A stretch of 61,014 nucleotides of DNA, the filler included, from Sphacelaria rigidula (Eukaryota): assembly GCA_964200075.2 (NCBI GenBank). It is 6 parts of 6 records of this genome, joined end to end, with 100 filler letters (N's around TTAATTAATTAA, not from the genome) between each part and the next. Parts side by side here need not be neighbours in the genome. Positions count along the whole stretch, not along the records: positions 50,930 to 61,014 come from CAXNAA020007180.1; 5 more parts are not named here. One strand, given 5' to 3'. A model generated the notes under the pieces. The model had not been told where the DNA came from. It did not search any database and saw nothing but the letters and a program-made list of their open reading frames with translations. This document shows, one piece after another, positions 59,682-61,014 of the stretch (position 1 is the first letter of the stretch; the number at the start of each line of letters is the position of its first letter). The position numbers and the translations under genes were made by a program.

Positions 59682-61014
59682 GAGTTTCCCAAGAAATTTC
59701 ATGACTCACGGGGAGATATGTGTGCTGTAAAGAGGGTTCGATGGGGGGGTGCGCGGAGTAGTAGCTTTGATGTGCGTGATGAGTGCCAGTGTGAGTGTGC
59801 GACGTTCCATGCCACCGATTTGAGTGGGGCATAAGACTGGGCCCATGCCCGTCGTGCGTTCACGGTGGATGTCGGAATGAGCGGAGGGGTAGACACCCAT
59901 GTGGTGCCCGGACGAATGTTCTCAGGGGCGACCGAAGTGGCATTGTAGCGATTACATGTTGTATTAGGTGCGTGATATTTCTTTCCCCGATGTCGTGAAG
60001 TGCATGGGTTCGGTTGCATTCTAGTATTTGTCCCTTGATCGTGGAATGGTTCCTCCCTGGTGACGTGGGATCAGACTTGGTGTGTGCGCGGAACATTAAC
60101 GGCAATCGTCGAGGCTTAAGTGCTTCCGATTCCGAAATTAATTTAGTGTGACTTTTAGCGGAGAATGTATTAGTAGCCATCAACACGTTCGAAGAACCTC
60201 CTTGGAGCGTTTGAAAGCCATGCTCACATCCTGGTGAGATATCAGAGTGCCTACCGTGTGATGATACGCGACATTTCGGCAGTTCGCATGGGGCTTTGGC
60301 AGGGAGTGGTGCACGTGAACTCTCGAACTAGTTTTAATCTCTTGATGTCTTCACACTTTTCGGTGAAATATGAGCCGTCCGCTTTTACGCCGCAATTCGA
60401 ACATAACATCAACTATGTTGGGTTCAAACTTCTTTGAACACTCATGGGACCGAGTACATTGATGTATGTTTTTGTGGGCAAGTGCAGCACAATCGGCGCT
60501 CTCGGAATATTTATGAACATTCCGAGAGCAGTGAGCGTTGATCTCGGTCATGTCCCTGGACATGGACCATTACACTATTCAATTTTTCGACACATGTTGG
60601 GGGAGAATATGCCACCCGCGTACTCTTTGCCTTGATATTGCGTCCGTACTGGACAAAAACGGGAAAGAAATGGAATGACGGCAAAAACACCTTGGGCGGC
60701 AGTTTCCCATCCTGCACGTGATGTACTCCATGCAACGAAGATACGAAGCGAAGTCACTTCATTCGCACAACACACCGCACAAGGGAAAAATTGGGCGATT
60801 TTGGTAAATAATGGCTTGGTGTTGGACATTGTGCAAACGTACATGGACAATCCATTTTTGTAAAAAACTTGAGTACAAAAGTTGACACGTGAAAGATGAA
60901 TCTCCATGACTCATTTCAGCGTTACAACCCCAGGTACACGCAGCCCAAACACGTGAAATGGCGCAAAAGGTAGTGGGACACCCCTTGGACCAGTGGTAAA
61001 CTTTTCCCTCCCTT

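Noticed and set aside
1..61014. A functional gene cluster linking Mps1, FAN1, the E3 ligase, CPOX and actin
   Set aside because: These genes sit on different concatenated scaffolds, so their proximity is an artefact.

Overview
Eukaryotic, intron-rich, repeat-rich DNA. The stramenopile-type actin and the bipartite plastid presequences point to a brown alga (Phaeophyceae). The window is not one locus. It is six scaffolds of 10,086 or 10,085 bp joined by an artificial 100-bp linker (N44-TTAATTAATTAA-N44). Reconstructed genes: actin (complete, 3 exons, 376 aa); plastid-targeted coproporphyrinogen III oxidase (complete, 7 exons, about 430 aa, one GC-AG intron, duplicated 3' end); FAN1 nuclease (3'-partial, much expanded); TFIIB (5' exons only); an Mps1/TTK kinase (5'-partial); an IBR plus MYCBP2-type RING E3 ligase (partial at both ends); a GT60/Gnt1-like GlcNAc transferase fragment; and the first exon of an unidentified plastid-targeted protein. 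The rest is MITEs and foldback elements, tRNA-derived SINEs, LINE 3' ends and micro/minisatellites, plus one decayed intronless segment that may be viral. I found no CRISPR array, rRNA or clear functional tRNA. The best candidates for new biology are the IBR/MYCBP2-like ligase, the possible endogenous viral fragment and an intronic array of 20-bp palindromic repeats. All three need database confirmation.
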